Part shown: piece after piece, positions 1-14,967 of the stretch
How positions within the stretch are numbered: position 1 is the first letter of the stretch
How the letters are laid out: every line of letters starts with the position of its first letter
Origin: Octopus sinensis
Lineage: Eukaryota
Direction: 5' to 3'
NCBI RefSeq assembly: GCF_006345805.1
Contig: NC_042998.1
Span: 64,046,001-64,110,000, forward strand
DNA length: 64,000 nt
The notes under the pieces: generated by a model
What the model was told of the DNA's origin: nothing
Database searches by the model: none
The model's input: the letters and a program-made list of their open reading frames with translations, nothing else
Program-made: the position numbers and the translations under genes

Positions 1-282
1 GGTCTTTTTTGCCGAACCGCTAAGTTATGGGGACATGAACACACTAGCATCGGTTGTCAAGCGATGTTGGGAGGACAAACACAGACACACAAACGCACAC
101 ACATATATATACATATACACGACAGGCTTCTTTCAGTTTCCGTCAACCAAATCCACTCACAAGGCTTTGGTGGGCCCGAGGCTATAGTAGAAGAAACTTG
201 CTCAAAGTGCTACGCTGTGGGACTGAACCCCAACCATGTGGTTGATAAGCAAGCTACTTACCACACAGCCACTCCTGCGCCT
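1..282 (-). mobile_element. tRNA-headed SINE, local family B (3' end cut by window edge)
   Basis: Reverse complement matches the full-length copy at 23122-23523 (head GGCGCAGGAGTGGCTGTGTGGTAAG..., body GAGTGGATTTGG...ACGGAAACTGAAAGAAGC). Confidence 0.9.
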
Positions 283-658
283 GCTAATGAGATATTTTAT
301 AAAATAGAAGGAAACATTACGTATAGCTACATTTGTTTAGGTCTAATGCTTAGAAATTAAAAAAAAGTATGAGAAGTTATACTTAAATGGGAACAATAAT
401 ATTTTAATATATGGAGACAAACAAGATCATTGGCAATGAAGATACCTTGATCACGCAATAAAAAGATTTGTTAGCGTTAACGATAACTCATGGTAAAATC
501 ATCAGATATTTGAAAGGAAATTCAAATTGATTGAAATGTTATAAGGAGTTTGCCGATGTGAAATGAAAGGAAATTTCGAATGTATTGTGAAAATGCGGTT
601 GTCATAATACATTAATAATGCGTATAAATATATGAAAGTAAAGAATTATATGATAAAC

Positions 659-748
659 TGGCACTCCGGCGGTTACGACGATGAGTTCCAACTGATCCGA
701 TCAACGGAAAAGCTTGCTCATGAAATTAACGTTTAGGTGGCTAAGCAT
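659..748 (-). mobile_element. 3' tail fragment of SINE family C
   Basis: Matches the tail of 18944-19300 (GTTGATCGGATCA...GTCGTAACCG...GAGTGCCA). Confidence 0.8.
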
Positions 749-753
749 TATAC

Positions 754-982
754 CTATTTCATTACTACCCACAAGGGGCTAACCACAGAGGGGTCAAACA
801 AGGACAGAGAAACGGATTAAGTCGATTACATCGACCCCAGTGCGTAACTGGTGCTTAATTTATCGACCCCGAAAGGATGAAAGGCAAAGTCGACCTCGGC
901 GGAATTTGAACTCAGAACTCAATGACAGACGAAATACGGCTACGCATTTCGCCCGGAGTGCTAACGGTTCTGCCAGCTCGCT
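754..982 (-). mobile_element. tRNA-headed CORE-type SINE, local family A1 (OR1/OR2-like)
   Basis: Matches 14211-14441. A/B-box-like head, central GTCGACTTTGCCTTTCATCCTTTCGGGGTCGAT, tail CCCTTGTGGGTAGTAA(A)GAAATAG. Confidence 0.9.
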
Positions 983-1328
983 AAGCATTATACCGACACA
1001 CATAACCTTCAAGTAGTTCTGAGGGAGATATAGCGTGATCAGAATGTGATGGGGTTGGTTTTCTTGAATTACATATACCACTCATTTTCCCCAGTTCAGT
1101 AGATTGTACAACGCGAAATAAAGTCTGCCTCTCAAAGACAGACCACACCCCTGAGAATCGAACGTACACCAAACGATCGTGAGCTGAATACTCTAATTCA
1201 GCCTTTCCATGAATTATAAGATAGGTTCACGAACAAAAAAGAATATTTAGCTAAGGCACAAAACTTAAGAAAATGAATAACAATAGGAAAACATGAAAAA
1301 GGTACAACGAAAATGTAACTAGACTATA

Positions 1329-1990
1329 GTCTTTTCTACTCTAGACAGACGCCCTGAAATTTTGGGGGAGATGGCCAGTCGATTAGATCGACTCCAGTGC
1401 TCAAATGGTACTTAATTCATTGACACCGAAATGATGAATGGCAAAATCGACCGAAGCGGAATTTGAACTCAGAACGTAATGACAGACGAAATATCGCAAA
1501 TCAGTTCGCGCGGAGTGCTAACGTTTCTTATTTCTTTATTGCCCACAAGGGGCTACACATAGAGGGGACAAACAAGGACAGACAAATTATATCGACTCCA
1601 GTACGTAGCTGGTGCTTAATTTATCGGCCCCTCGGTGAAATTTGAACTTAGAACGTAACTGGAGACGAAATACCGCTAAGCTTTCGCGCCCGGCATGCTA
1701 AGTTTTCTGCCAGCTTGCCGTCTTGTAAGTAGACTATATTTATTTCTTTATTGCCCTGAAGAGGCTAAACATAGAGGGGACAGTCAGGGACGGACGAAGG
1801 GTTTAAGTCGATTAGATCGGCCTGACTCAACCCCAGTGCGCAACAGCTACTTAATTTATCGACCCCGAAAGGATGAAAGGCAAAGTTGACCTCGGTGAAA
1901 TTTGAACTCAGAACATAAAGACAGACGAAATATCGTAAAGCATTTCGCCCGGCGTGCCAACGTTTCTGCCAGTTCACCGTCTTGTGACTA
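1329..1990 (-). mobile_element. Tandem SINE array A2-A1-A1 (1330-1521, 1522-1723, 1741-1982)
   Basis: Three head-to-tail copies share the head and core. The first has the alternative tail (...AAATTTCAGGGCGTCTGTCTAGAGTAGAAAAG). TAGACTATA occurs at 1320, 1730 and 1989. Confidence 0.9.
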
Positions 1991-2249
1991 GACTATATTA
2001 ATTGAAATCAAATGACGTGTTAGTAACGGAGATTACATTACTGTCATTTAATGGTTCAAAAATACACCATCAAAGTGCATAAACATGAATGCGTAATTTT
2101 AGCTGCAGAAAACAAATATATAACCAAAAATTGTGGCATTGGTTGCACGAAACAGCCACAAAAGTATTAAAATAATAAAAAGAAGGGAAAACTAATGAAG
2201 GTTTCTAATAAAAATTTCAAATTTTGGTACAAGTCCGTCAGTTTCGCAG

Positions 2250-2550
2250 AAGTTAAGTCGATTACATCGACGCCAGCGCTCAGCAGATCCTCATCTTATC
2301 AACCCCGAATGCTGAAAGACAAAGTCGACCCTGGCCGCATTGGAACACACAACATCAAGACGGATGAATTGCTGCTAAGCATATTTTCGTGCGCGCACTG
2401 ATTTTGCCAGATCGCCACCTTTTATAGGATCTCTAATATTGGTTTCAAACATTGGCACAAAGGGCAGCAGGTTAAGGGGAGTTTCTTCGACCCCAGTGTA
2501 CATCTGGTACTTATTTAATCGACCCTGAAAAGCAGAGTCAACCTCGGCGT
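2250..2550 (-). mobile_element. Two decayed family A SINE fragments
   Basis: GTCGATTACATCGAC, AAAGTCGACC and CGACCCCAGTGTACATCTGGTACTTATTTAATCGACCC cores are recognisable. Confidence 0.7.
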
Positions 2551-2944
2551 AATATGATTTCTAATACCGACATAGGGTACCTATTTCGTGAGATTCACAG
2601 TCGAAACACCGCAGTATAAGTTTTCTAAGTACATTATGTTTAAAAACTACTCAGATTTAGAACCAAGCAAGAGAGATAGTAGTTACTAAACCACACATGC
2701 CATTTTATCCACTGCTCTACAATTCTTGCTACCCGATTGGGGTTTGTATTATATCGATATTTAGGTTGATAATGTATTCTATACAGGCAAATCTGCAGTC
2801 ATTTATGATAGCTAAGTGTTTGAAAGTACATAATTTTTCCATATGCATGACAGAGAGCGCAGTTATGCATATTGGGAAATATATCGATACGCCAACAGGA
2901 AAATTGAGTGTTATTCATATAGGTATATACGTATGTATATAAAA

Positions 2945-2981
<37 letters not shown>

Positions 2982-4592
2982 AGCATGCACTGAACCCAAT
3001 GTATTTGAATATGTTTTCGAGAGCAAAGTAGAATGAGCCTTCTTAGAAATACAGAAAGATCAAAAGTAACTATTCATATAACATAATTTAATACAATAAA
3101 CAGCTTTCGTGTAATTTGATAGACGTCTTCTCTTCTGGCGAAAATTTATGCGAAATATTGTTGAACATTTTTCTGAAAGTACGGATGAGGATTACGGAAA
3201 TCAAATAAGCGAAATATGCCTTGTTTTAATATAAAATCAATAATAATTATACTGTGTACAATATATAAGGACATGAGCAGCAAAGTAAAAAAAAAAAATG
3301 TTGGAGTTACTATTATATACACGATCGCGAAATATGTTTATGATAAAAAAGACGAAGTTATAAGCTATGCAGTTTTAATACAATAAGAGAATTCTCAATT
3401 CTCTGAAAATACTTTCCGCGCAAATCACAAAGCACGTGATTTGCACAATCAGTACGTAGTACTGAAATACAAAAGGTCAATGAATATATCCCTGCAAACG
3501 CATCGCTGAATAAACGAAGGCAATTCATGTTTAGATATAAATGGGAAATATTGGTTCTCCATTGGTGGCGAGGATCAAAAATCAGATTCTCTATGAACTG
3601 AATTAGCTGCTCATTGAAGTGGTTGAGGATATCACCTGCAAGTTAATCCTTCGATATGAATGCATGCATTAATGAATACATGGATACATATATTACATGC
3701 ATGCATTATATAATACATAGTACATACATAAATACATACAAACGAATATACATGCATACATTACACACATACATTACATATATACGAACATGCGTACACA
3801 AATAAATGCATACATACATACGTTGATACGTACAATACATGCATACATAAGTACATGCTGGCTGCCCACTCGTTATCGAGTATGGCCATTGCACGAAGCT
3901 TAATCAATGTTGTTATCGTGCAATGTCTGTGCAAGAAGATTTCTTTTTAAATGAGGAATCAATTTAAATGTGGAGCTATCCTCAGCTGCATAAATAAATA
4001 AATATAATTAATTCTTTAATCAGTCGGAAATATTTGTGTAATTTTACTTCAATTTTCTAAGAGGGTAAGAAGACAGACAAAGTCCGTGATGTCTTCACTC
4101 TAGCTTAGAAGTTACTAAGACAGCAGGAAAAAGAAATTTGTTAGGGTTCTAGTTTGTCTCTAATTTTTGGGTCCGTTTTGAATTATAGTTTTGTTTATCA
4201 AATCCTTGTATGTCAAAATCTAAGACTATAGAGCAGTGCTTGTTAGGAAAGGGCATGAGGGAGTTGACTGAACCATTGTGGGTATTGTCATAAAGGTTGT
4301 TAAGATTATTTTGAAGTAGTATACATCAAAGTAGTATAATGTAACTGGCTATAATGAGCTTTGATATAGAAAGATCTTAAATCAAGACGTTAATTACCTG
4401 TAAAAGGGGTAAAGTTAAAGTTAAAGACTCTAATAAAACCTTACTATAGCCGCTTGAAACGGTCGTTCTGCATCATCTCCGGTTATCCCGTTGCTTATTT
4501 TTATTTTATTCACCTTGTTTTGAAACTGTACGTATAATTCGACACTAATTTTGGTGCCTCAACTTAAGTACCTAATTCATGTGAATCTCAAT

Positions 4593-4644
<52 letters not shown>

Positions 4645-5763
4645 CAACCTGAGTGTTTGACTCGCAACTTGAGTTTCAAGCCACAACAGTCTGTAGGCGA
4701 AACTGTATACCATAAATTTATCAGTTTAACCGTACTGGGTATTTCTACTATGGCAACATGAAGATTTTAAGAATAATCATTATTTCAGAAACAAATATAC
4801 ATGATCTTGTTCTCACCCCAGCTATATGCTCGATAAAAACTTATGAGCCTTTGGCTCAGTTGCTTATGTAGAGTCTCCATTTCCCATTGGATCACTGTAC
4901 TTTTATAGGGTCTAAACGACACGTCCGACAAAGAATTTGCCAGTCACTCCCTCATAGCTTCAACACTGTTCCTTCCATTGTTTTACAATGCTGTCGCTAT
5001 CATTAATGTTATTTCATAGATTGTTTGTGTTTATAGATATCGTATCTAGATACATAGACTCACATATGGAGATTTTCTATGATCAAGTAGATTGAAAAAC
5101 TATAACCTAATGCCATGATACAGTATGGCATTTCCGTCAGAATAACACTACGACAATCAGCTTAAAAATTTCTCTGAATTTTCCCAATATTGTGTTTCAT
5201 AAGTTTAACAAACACACATTTAAAATACTGTACCTTGCTTCAATTACAATCTTCAGCAACATACTACCCCCCTTTGACGCGAACACAGAATCCGCCGAAG
5301 GTCGTAGAATGATATTAGATGAACCTTAGTGATTAGCTACAGAAGTGTATGGCTCCATAAAATACATATGGGACACATCCAACACATCCAGCACATCAAA
5401 TATCGCCGTAAAACAAGAAGCGTAACATAACTGAATGAAAATTACCTTCTTTAGGTTACATAGCATAGGCCAAGCTTTAGTCGAAATTAATCATAAAATG
5501 CGAATGGCTTACAACATTAAATTTTCAAGGGACGGATGTTCGAGAATACACTATTTCTTCATATCCAATTCCTTGTGACTATTCAGTATCTGTATATCTA
5601 TTATGTCCCTTCTAAGACCTGCTATCTTCTCTCTCATTGAAACACACTCACACACACATACTCTCTCTCTCACTTTCCTCTCTCTCTATCTCTATTGGTC
5701 TATCTAATCCATGCATGCCCCATCTCTTTCTCACTGTTTGCCTGTCTATATAGATGTGTTTGT

Positions 5764-5801
<38 letters not shown>

Positions 5802-7177
5802 AATTGCACGTTTGGATATTTTTGTATGAGTATGTGCTTTTGTATAGTTATTTTAATATTTCCTGTATGGGTGTGAATGCGTGTTTCAGCGCACACCTTC
5901 GAGTCAGAAGATGATTGACAAAATCAGAGCAGAGGAACTATTAGAATGTGACGAATATTGAAAAGAGAAGATAAGAACAGGTAAAAATAAATATATAATA
6001 AAATGATGCTCAATGATTGGATTTTTCTCGCTGCAAAGGAAAATAAAATCTGAAATGACAATGACATATGAAATATAACTGAAAGAAAGGCTATGCAGGG
6101 GCCGTAGAGCTGAGGCGATAACGACGCGCGTTCGGCAAAATGAAAAGAATCATAGTTGTACAATGAATAAAGGATGCCAGTTGAGGCAACGTGTGTAATA
6201 GAAGAAATAAATATGAAAAGAAGTGAAATGATAATGCTGAAAGCAATAATAATACTAGACTGAATGACAGAGAACAAGAGAGAATTGGACAGCGAAAAAG
6301 AAATGAAACATCTTTTCTTGTCAATGCAGGAGGGAAAATCCCAAAGAAATTCAGATAGAAAGAAATGCAGAGAATGAAATATATGAAAGCCGATCGACAG
6401 GATGACGGAAAGGAATTACAATGAGGGAAAGAATATCACCGTGAAGTTTATATTTTGGAAGAACAAAAATCTAAATCGATAATTTCAATTATTTGTTTTC
6501 TAATGGAATGTGGAGTAAAGAAAAAAAAAGCTGCTCATTTGATTGATCGCTTTGGACACAGACATCTCATTGGTCATTCTCACTTAGCAAATGTTGGGGT
6601 GAAATAGAGAGAAAAAAAGAACTTTCAAAATTACATGATAACAACGGAAATGTCTTAAGGGAAATCATAAGATTTTATGAGAAGCTGTCTCCATCTACAT
6701 ATATGCGCTACATATACACATATACATTTAGTTACACAGTAATATCTATAGATATATAAGAAAATATAGATAAAAAACAATAATTCTCTCAGAGAACAGC
6801 GAAGAAAGATAAATCTTTGGTGTTATTACAATCTTTTAGGAAATCTACAGATAGATAGAATTTTTTATGAATATCTTCACGATATCTTCATTGTGTAATG
6901 AACTATTCGCTGGCACATGTAGATTTGTATTTATATTCGGGAATATGCATGCATTTATATAGGAATACGGGGTAATTCTGTACACCAAAGTACTGGAAGG
7001 TTTTATACATACGTGTATACCTTTACACACACACATATATATATATATATAAACATACATTATATATATATATTTAGGCATTGCATCTGTGTGCCTAAAT
7101 GTTCATTTGTAGATACTTGAACGTAAATACATGTATATCTATCTATCTACATATATATATTTATGTATGTGTGCATG

Positions 7178-7235
<58 letters not shown>

Positions 7236-7240
7236 AGTAT

Positions 7241-7316
<76 letters not shown>

Positions 7317-7327
7317 GTATGTGTCCG

Positions 7328-7396
<69 letters not shown>

Positions 7397-8133
7397 GCAT
7401 ACAGAAGGACACACATTATAGATGGAAATCCTTTCGTATTTCAATGCACGTGATAACTGAATTCTGACTGGTGTTTATTTGCATTCCAAGGCTACACAAA
7501 AAAATATAAAAGTTGACCTCTTTGCATCATGCGCATTTATCTCATAATACACACACACATAATACTTGTGTATATGTGCATATTTGTGTAAATATATATC
7601 TGTATATGAAGCGTATAGAGAAAAACGAATATGTACAGAGGTAAATATTAAACTATTCATGTGTTTTTATTTCCTTCATTAATGTATGCGCTATGATTTT
7701 ATCTCGTTACATTTGAGTAGTGCATATGTACATATATATATAATCAAATGAATATATAACCATTTGATTATAATACTCCAAGGGCATTTACGACTAGTTG
7801 GACACCAACAACGTACCATTCAAAGTATCGAATGATTTGGACAATCCCCTACGCATTAAATATTCACAGGGTTGGTTTTTTCTCTGTGTACACAACCGGA
7901 ATATCCTATTTGATACTTACTAACCATAGGCCGAACGCACAGGTCTATCCATACCTACCTTGTGCATGTGTTTTCACGTAGCTGGTTCTATCTGAATCCT
8001 TATTTTGATATATAGATATATATACATGTCTGATATAAGAAACAGGTGACACTAACAAAGCTCGATTGGAGGTACACAGTGAATATATTAATGAGAATGG
8101 TTAGTAAATGTTTTGGATGGAAAATTAAGTGTT

Positions 8134-8172
8134 GAAATGACGTTTCGAGTTGGGGTCTTCGTCGGACGGAGG
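8134..8172 (-). ncRNA. Minimal hammerhead ribozyme-like motif (decayed) at a microsatellite-linked repeat end
   Basis: Minus strand reads CCGACGA-AGACCCCAACUC-GAAACGUC: core CUGANGA with U4>C, then GAAA, ACGU stem III and a GUC site. Stem I is poor. Confidence 0.45.
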
Positions 8173-8220
8173 AAAATGTCCAGTGACAAGGTAAGGAAGG
8201 AAAGAGCAGATAGTCCGGAG

Positions 8221-8284
<64 letters not shown>

Positions 8285-8366
8285 TTGTGTGTGGGCGTGT
8301 GTATGTGTGTGTGTTTATGTGTGTGTGTGTGTGTGCGTTTGTACACACACACACACACATATATAT

Positions 8367-8399
<33 letters not shown>

Positions 8400-8971
8400 C
8401 AAATATATACAACTCATATCCTGCTTCTTGTCCACCATCCCATGATGGAATGTCTTTACTCGCAGAGACACATTACTCACTATCACCCACCCCCACTTCA
8501 TTATGAACTCTTGAGAGTTTTATTTTTAGTGCATAATCTTATGCATCTTATGTATCTTTCTCCACCGAAACGTGTCCCCTTTAATATAACGAGAAATACG
8601 CGGTATCTACTCCTACCTCTATAATTACCCCTCGACACTCTCCTTGCGCTTATCTTTCTGAATTTCTTTCACTCAATCCTTGACACTATTTGATCTTTTA
8701 ATTTATCATCCCTTTGCAATACCAATTTCCATGTTATCTTACCTTCATGCGCCATTTTAGACGTCCACATGCAACGTAGGTACGCACTATATTAACTCCT
8801 ACGCTGCATAAATATGTTCTCTGCAGTTTCATTGAAACCTATTCTGTCTTATCTGTCTCTCTGTGTCATGTTGACATTACTTTCCACTTTCCTTCTATTT
8901 TCCTCTCACTTAACACTGTCTGTAACCCTTACCAAATGTAAACTAATTATTTCACTCTTTTTTTTACTCCT

Positions 8972-9287
8972 ATACTTGTTTCTGTCATTTAGTTGAATAA
9001 ATCGAACCCAGGACTTATCTTTGTAAGCCTAGTGCTTATTTCTTCGATATCTTTTTGCCGATCCGCAAAGTTACGGGGACGAATTCACACTGACATCGGT
9101 TGTCAAGCGATGGTGGGGACAAACGCAGAGACACAATGGTTTCTTTCAGTATCCGTCTACCCAATCCACTCTCAAGCCTTGGTCGGCCCGAGGCTATAAT
9201 AGATGACACTTGCCCAAGGTGCTACGCAGTACGACAGAACCATGTGGTTGGGAAGCAAGCGTCTTACCATACAGCCACTCATGCACC
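8972..9287 (-). mobile_element. SINE family B, near full length, internal microsatellite linker absent
   Basis: Similarity to 23122-23523 along its length. Confidence 0.85.
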
Positions 9288-9934
9288 TATAACTCCAGTC
9301 AGAAATGTATAGGAACAGTAACGAGCCTTCCTAACCATGACGACATGGTAGGCGGACTGACAAATCCAGTCACGTGGACCACTTACTCAATCCTCCCCAT
9401 TAACATAACTACGCTGTTCCCTCCTTCTTTTTCATATCAACATTTAATAGTAATCTCCCCCTTTGCCCCATCCTCTGTCTCCGCATCAAATAATGTCTTC
9501 TGTTTCAGTAAATATTCACATTTCAATGATGCTGTGCTATCCTTACTTTGTATAGTGCGTATGCCGATTTTGTGGCAACGTCTAGAGTGCTAGTGACACA
9601 AAAACTGCCCCACCGCAATGCCTATTGCGATGTGATTAGTTTAAGAAGGTATCCGAATGTAAGATCAATACGAAGAGAGACTGGAGGCAGGCGTGTGCCA
9701 CCGAAGTGATGGTATTTGTCGAAGTGACGTAGGCATACTGCGCTGGAAAGTGAACGTCAAATTACGACAATAATAAAGACTACACATGTAGATTTTATAT
9801 AATCCTCTGTATAATATATCGATACATAAATAGATGAGTATTTTCACAACCATCAACTATCCGCTTCTGTCGGTCAAACAATAGCAATGATGATAACGTG
9901 GATGCTCCATATAAATTTTATATTATTGCGCGTG

Positions 9935-9967
<33 letters not shown>

Positions 9968-10000
9968 GTGGGTGGGTGTATGTACAAATATATATACATT

Positions 10001-10048
<48 letters not shown>

Positions 10049-10055
10049 GAGAGAG

Positions 10056-10098
<43 letters not shown>

Positions 10099-10573
10099 CA
10101 TATATAGATAGACATATATAGATAGACACAAACAAACACAAGCACACACACAGACCTGCGCACACATACACACACATGTATGCATGCATAAGTATAGGAA
10201 TATCATCAGGAGAGAAATATGAACGTCACCTGTTCTAATTGCCCGGATATAACATACTGAAACAATCGGAGACAAACAATGATAAATACAAGTAGAATAT
10301 ATAAGATGATTAAAAATTAAACGAACATATTCTGAACTGCAACAATAGCTCCAGGGAAATTACTAGTTTACGATATCGAAGAAAAATAATATCTGTTTAA
10401 CTGAACATAAGGAGACAGTATGTTAAGCCACTGATATCTGGTAAAACGACTTCCTCTATTTTTCAATTATTTCGGTTTTACAATATTTCTTCTATTAAAG
10501 CATAACGAGAATCCTATGGGCATTTTACTTTGATATATATATATATATAGTGGTTTTAACTCTAATTTAATAT

Positions 10574-10652
<79 letters not shown>

Positions 10653-10669
10653 GTTTTATCTCTAATTTA

Positions 10670-10720
<51 letters not shown>

Positions 10721-10903
10721 GTGCGCGTATATATATTTATATACATATATATACATATACGTATGTATATATTCAAATAGACAAACACACATATATTCAT
10801 ACGTACTTGAATGCCTGTACCTTCATATGTATGTGTGCACGTGTGTGTGTGTGTGTGTGCGTGTGTGTGTGTTTGTTTGTATGTGTGTGTGTGTGTGTGT
10901 GTG

Positions 10904-10962
<59 letters not shown>

Positions 10963-12974
10963 TGTGTGTGTGTGTGATTGCGTGAAATTTATTTCTGTCA
11001 CGGGAATGACAGCCTGCTTAGAACTGGAATCTTTATGTATCTGAGGATAATTAAACTACCTCAGGTTCTAAGTATGAGTGTACGCCTACCTATGAAATTC
11101 GCAAAAGTACTTTCAGATGCTAGTAAACAAGATTAGTAATGATATGGGATTTTCTTTTACGTTCATATGCTGAGTATGATAAATTCTCGACTAATACATA
11201 AGGAGAAGCCGCCAAGGAAGATACTATTGCAGCTTAGAGTTGAAAAAGAAACATAGAGAACGATATTCACGATTTGGCTGTAGATTTCGCTGTACTATAC
11301 AGTCGTGTAACGTAATTTTCGTCTTATGAACGAGGTTGTAATGATGGTGAAATTAACATAAATTATTTACGTTGGTTAAGGTAGATTTTCTGTAATCGTG
11401 TCTCGTACAGCATTAAGTAATATACACTCAAGCGTTCTCAGCTGTGTCATAGAAACATTATTTTAATAAATATTTTCCCTGAATAATTTACCACTGAGTA
11501 TAAATCAAGTTGAATGTTGAAGTAATAATTCGACAATATTCAAGTACCCTTCCGCACACACTCTCACACACAAATACGCGTACACGCACGCACACACATA
11601 CACGCACACACACATACAGACCAACCTTTAAGGAAGGAATATGTATGAAGAATAATACAATCGTGGCAAAATTGTTTGGATATTAGAATTTTTATATGAA
11701 TTGCCCACAGTAAGCAATTTGGTCTCGAAATATATTATTGAGTTTTGTCTAATTTTTCTTCTAAATATTGAACCATTGGGTCAGTTATTTGGGACACATA
11801 TCTCTACGTTGTATTTATTTGAATCGAAATGTACTTCGGCGTATCTATTTTAATTTTAAAAATAAATGTTCCAAATTTTGGCCTTGACAGAAGTTAGAAA
11901 TAACTCAGAAATTTGAACATCACTATCTTAACCTGAAATAATCCTTCCGAGAGATAATTAGTTAATAAGTGACAGGTTTTTAATTACCTAAATAAGCGTG
12001 GAAGACAGCATCACGTATGGAGCTAACATCCCTTTAGAGCGAAAATGCAAAGTTATGGAAGCATCATTGACAATTCTTAACGAATGAAGCCAGCAAGGAG
12101 AAGGCCATCCCTCAGGAAAGGGAATATAATTCGCAAAGCAGACGAAAGGATGGCGCCCTTAAAATAGCTGCATGAAGGATGCAGAGCTGAAAATGCTGGG
12201 AAAAATCAACCGAAAGTTGAGAATAGGGGAGAAATATCGTCAACGGTCTATGCAAAAAGCTTAAATTAAAAATAGATTAATATATACTGCTTAACGAAGA
12301 ATCACGGCAAAACGTTACAATGTACGGATGTTCTTATTCATTTGACATGAAATATATCATTCAAATGTATCCTCGCATTTGAACGCCAATGAACTGTGAA
12401 ATATGCAGAATTCAAAATAGAAATTTCGAACTGTGTCGGGTTGTTAGCTCTCTCCCACCCGAATAGATCACTTTCGTAATTGAAATTGCTAACATTAAAC
12501 TCGGAACAGCATTGCATGTTGCCAAATGATAACCGTATTTCTCCGTAGGCAATCAAATCTGCTGGAAAATGAGACTTTGGCGAATGAAACATGGTCATGC
12601 GAAGTGAAACACGACTTGGAAATAGTCGATTTTATAAAAATTTTAATGTTATATGAATACAATTTCCATCTTAATATTCAACCCAAGGTAGTTCTACGTT
12701 GCATCATATTGGACACGCCTGGCGTCTAGTGTTGTAGAGGGAACCATACGATTAAGACTGAGATTTCAAGCGTAATTAGAAAAAAACTCTTGAAATTCTT
12801 GACTCTCGATATCATTCTTGATCGTTTGCTGACACACCGCAAAATATTGATCAAAAGCTTGCAGAAAAGAATGTGCATCGTGATAGTGTTGTACCGAATG
12901 GCATCGACGTGGAAACAATTGAAGACGGAATACATTGACATAATACATAATATGTGGGAGCGGAAATAAAGTGT

Positions 12975-13215
12975 ATATATATATGTGTATGTTTGTGTGT
13001 CTGTGTTTGTCCCCCCCCCACCATCTCTTGACAACAGATGTTGCTGTGTTTACGTCCCCGTAAATTGGCAGTTCGGCAAAAGTTACAAATAGAATAAGTA
13101 CTGGGCTTACAAACAATAAATCCTGCAGTCGATTTGCTATACTAAAAAGGGTGTTCCAGAATGGCCACAGTCGAATGACTGAAACAAGCAAAAGAATAAA
13201 AGACTAAAAAAGAAC
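12975..13215 (+). mobile_element. SINE family B, 3' half
   Basis: CTTGACAAC...GTTTACGTCCCCGTAA...CAGAATGGCCACAGTCGAATGACTGAAACAAG. Confidence 0.85.
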
Positions 13216-14011
13216 AAACAGAATATAGATGAAATAGACTTGAGAGGGATAAACTTCAACTTGAGACGGTTACATAAAAAATGTGTAAAACTCTTATCAA
13301 ACATTTGATATAATTCTCGGGGAATATATCTTAATATTTGAGTGTTGCAAATGCAATAGAAAAGTTCGCTAATTAATACATACTGCTAATTTTGGAATAA
13401 ATTTAAAATTTTCAAAGTTCTTGTAAAAGACTACTTCGAAGTGCAATTTGATATCTAAAGATTTATAAGAATATTTTAGCTTTATTTTATGTAGACTTGG
13501 ATCATTAAATAAAACGTGAGAAACAGATTTAAAGAAATATTCGGGGCAAATCACGGCATACTCTGCAGAATATGAACAAAGACATCTTAAAACTGGAGCA
13601 CCAGTGTACATAGTGGTGAAACATTATCTGTCAATGAGCATAATAGAAATATTAGCCTTGAAGAGCAGCCTGGTTACGGGTAGCGTTCTGAGATAGAGAA
13701 TGCTCAATTGAATATAATCATCGAAGCAGATTCATGCGTAAAAACTTGCAATTTTGTAATCTGCTGAAATATATTGTGAACATGCAAGTATTCTCCAATA
13801 TTTCGTCACACTGTAAAATCGAAAAGTCTTGATTGATGGGAGACAACAATTCAAGAGATTTGGTGTGTTCAATTACAGTATCAAAACCTATGCGGTTCTT
13901 GTTCATTTTGTGACAAGTAAAAAATATTTGACGCGTACGTACACACAGACAGACATACACACACACACACACGTAATCAGTCATGCACACACACGCACAT
14001 ACATATACAAA

Positions 14012-14089
<78 letters not shown>

Positions 14090-14210
14090 ACATATATATA
14101 AAGATATATACACATACATAAATACAGTATTTGTGCTAAGGGTCTTTCACTGACAGATGTATATATGTATATATATATACATACATAATACATTCATGCA
14201 TACATATATG

Positions 14211-14436
14211 GGCGGCGAGCTGGCAGAAACGTTAGTGCACCAGGTGAAATGCTTAGCGGTATTTCGTCTGTCGTTACGTTCTGAGTTCAAATTCCGCCAA
14301 GGTCGACTTTGTCTTTCATCCTTTCGGGGTCGATAAATTAAGTACCAGTTTCGCACTGGAGTCGTTGTAATCGACTTAATCATTTTGTCTGTCCTCGTTT
14401 GTCCCCTCTATGCTTAGCCCCTTGTGGGTAGTAAAG

Positions 14437-14441
<5 letters not shown>
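14211..14441 (+). mobile_element. SINE family A1, full length
   Basis: GGCGGCGAGCTGGCAGAAACGTTAG head, B-box-like GAGTTCAAATTCC, core, and tail ending GTAAAGAAAT before a (TA)n tract. Confidence 0.92.
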
Positions 14442-14489
<48 letters not shown>

Positions 14490-14967
14490 AGTACACAAAC
14501 ACGCACACACGCACGCACACACACACACAGAGTAAAAGACCCGACGCTGCTCCATGCAGCTGTCCAATTATGCTGAAAGATCAAAAGTACTTCCGACAGG
14601 ACGGCATCAGTTTAGAAAATGAGAAAGGTATAACGCCATTTTCTTATGCCCGGCAACTAGAACGAGCCGTTATTATTACGTGTAAGCTCACAGAAAATCG
14701 GCAAAATGTACCGGTCATAGGAACTTTCTTGTGCAGTTGTTTGTAGGTGTGCCGGATTCTTTGTTATGCAAATGACTATGTAAATGGTAAATGCCTGGTA
14801 CTAAGAAGCTCGATTTCACCACGTTTATTCCTCAAACTTTCCGACTGACTATCGATCTTGTAGTCTCTTTCATGACATCATGTAAATAAATCGTTGATTT
14901 CAGGAAACCAGAAAGAAAATTAAAACTGCGCCACGATGCTTTTCTTTATATTAATTAAATAAAGCAT

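Noticed and set aside
3420-3444. GCAAATCAC/GTGATTTGC 9-bp hairpin containing an E-box (CACGTG)
   Set aside because: A single short palindrome is expected by chance in 64 kb, and there is no other evidence.
5930-6420. Very old RTE-like LINE fragment (similar purine-biased block at 8520-8960 on the minus strand)
   Set aside because: Only vague motif echoes; not enough to call by eye.
10540-10680. Repeated TAGTGGTTTTA.CTCTAATTTAAT in a TA tract; also the 29-bp duplication at about 58890-58950
   Set aside because: Ordinary slippage duplications.
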